A program made the position numbers and the translations under genes. 64,000 nt of DNA from Phoronis australis (taxonomy: Eukaryota; Animalia; Phoronida), in contig NMRA01000691.1 of NCBI GenBank assembly GCA_002633005.1, positions 137,406 to 201,405 of the forward strand, read 5' to 3'. Under the pieces are notes generated by a model. That model worked only from the letters and a program-made list of their open reading frames with translations, searched no databases and was not told the DNA's origin. Numbering within the stretch: the first letter of the stretch is position 1; the number at the start of each line of letters is the position of its first letter. Below are positions 63,505 through 64,000 of the stretch, piece by piece.

Positions 63505-63935
63505 TTTAAGCAAAGATTGTTGGATTGTCAGTGGTGCCCAAGAATGGAGGACATCAGTGCAGAGCTCTAGCAAGTGCTCATTTTACTCTATTATCAAAAC
63601 AGATTTATCTTGTGAACAATATCTTTACAGTCTACCACCAACTCTACGTAGAATTTTAGCCAAATTCAGGTGCACTGGACACCAACTGAAAATAGAAACT
63701 GGTAGGCACCATGACATTCCAAAGGAAGATAGACTTTGCGAAATTTGCAACAGTTAGTCAGAAATTGAAGACGAAATACACTTATTACTTACCTGCCCTG
63801 TACTTAACGACATTAGAAAGAATTTTTTACCAAAAATATCCCGACAGCATACTGACATCGAAAACGTCAAATACTTATTCAAAACAAACTCTGGAAATCT
63901 TTTGAAAAGACTATCCTTATTTATTATATTAAAGG
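63505..63935 (+). mobile_element. 5'-truncated non-LTR retrotransposon, ORF2 C-terminal zinc-finger remnant
   Basis: LAKFRCTGHQLKIETGR...RLCEIC, then EIEDEIHLLLTCPVLNDIR, with stop/frameshifts; clade not assigned. Confidence 0.8.
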
Positions 63936-64000
63936 TTTATGGTATATTGAATACCAGGACATGAAATTGCTACCTATACCAAATGTTGCAATGTAATATG

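Overview
AT-rich, intron-rich animal DNA, probably a lophotrochozoan such as a mollusc (inferred from repeat types only), from a draft assembly with four N-gaps and four single-N joins. Three spliced genes were rebuilt exon by exon with consistent phases. (1) The 3' half of condensin subunit SMC2 (+, 11 exons, 190-13726). (2) A complete PAT-domain perilipin, PLIN2-like (+, ~451 aa, CDS 21941-38136, probable non-coding first exon near 19550). (3) A complete EIF2B3/eIF2B-gamma (-, ~461 aa, 54533-39977), tail-to-tail with perilipin. Introns hold many DNA transposon derivatives: ten Helentron-associated (HINE-like) copies, a Kolobok-like THAP relic, piggyBac-, Harbinger-, MULE- and hAT-like MITEs, and a LINE 3' end. 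Most notable: the HINE core is built from ~147-bp subunits that each carry a CTCF-consensus motif, and all ten copies are co-oriented with their host gene. Tandem duplications multiply a splice donor in SMC2 and an acceptor in EIF2B3. There is also a candidate alternative acidic perilipin C-terminus. All calls were made by eye; no database searches were run.
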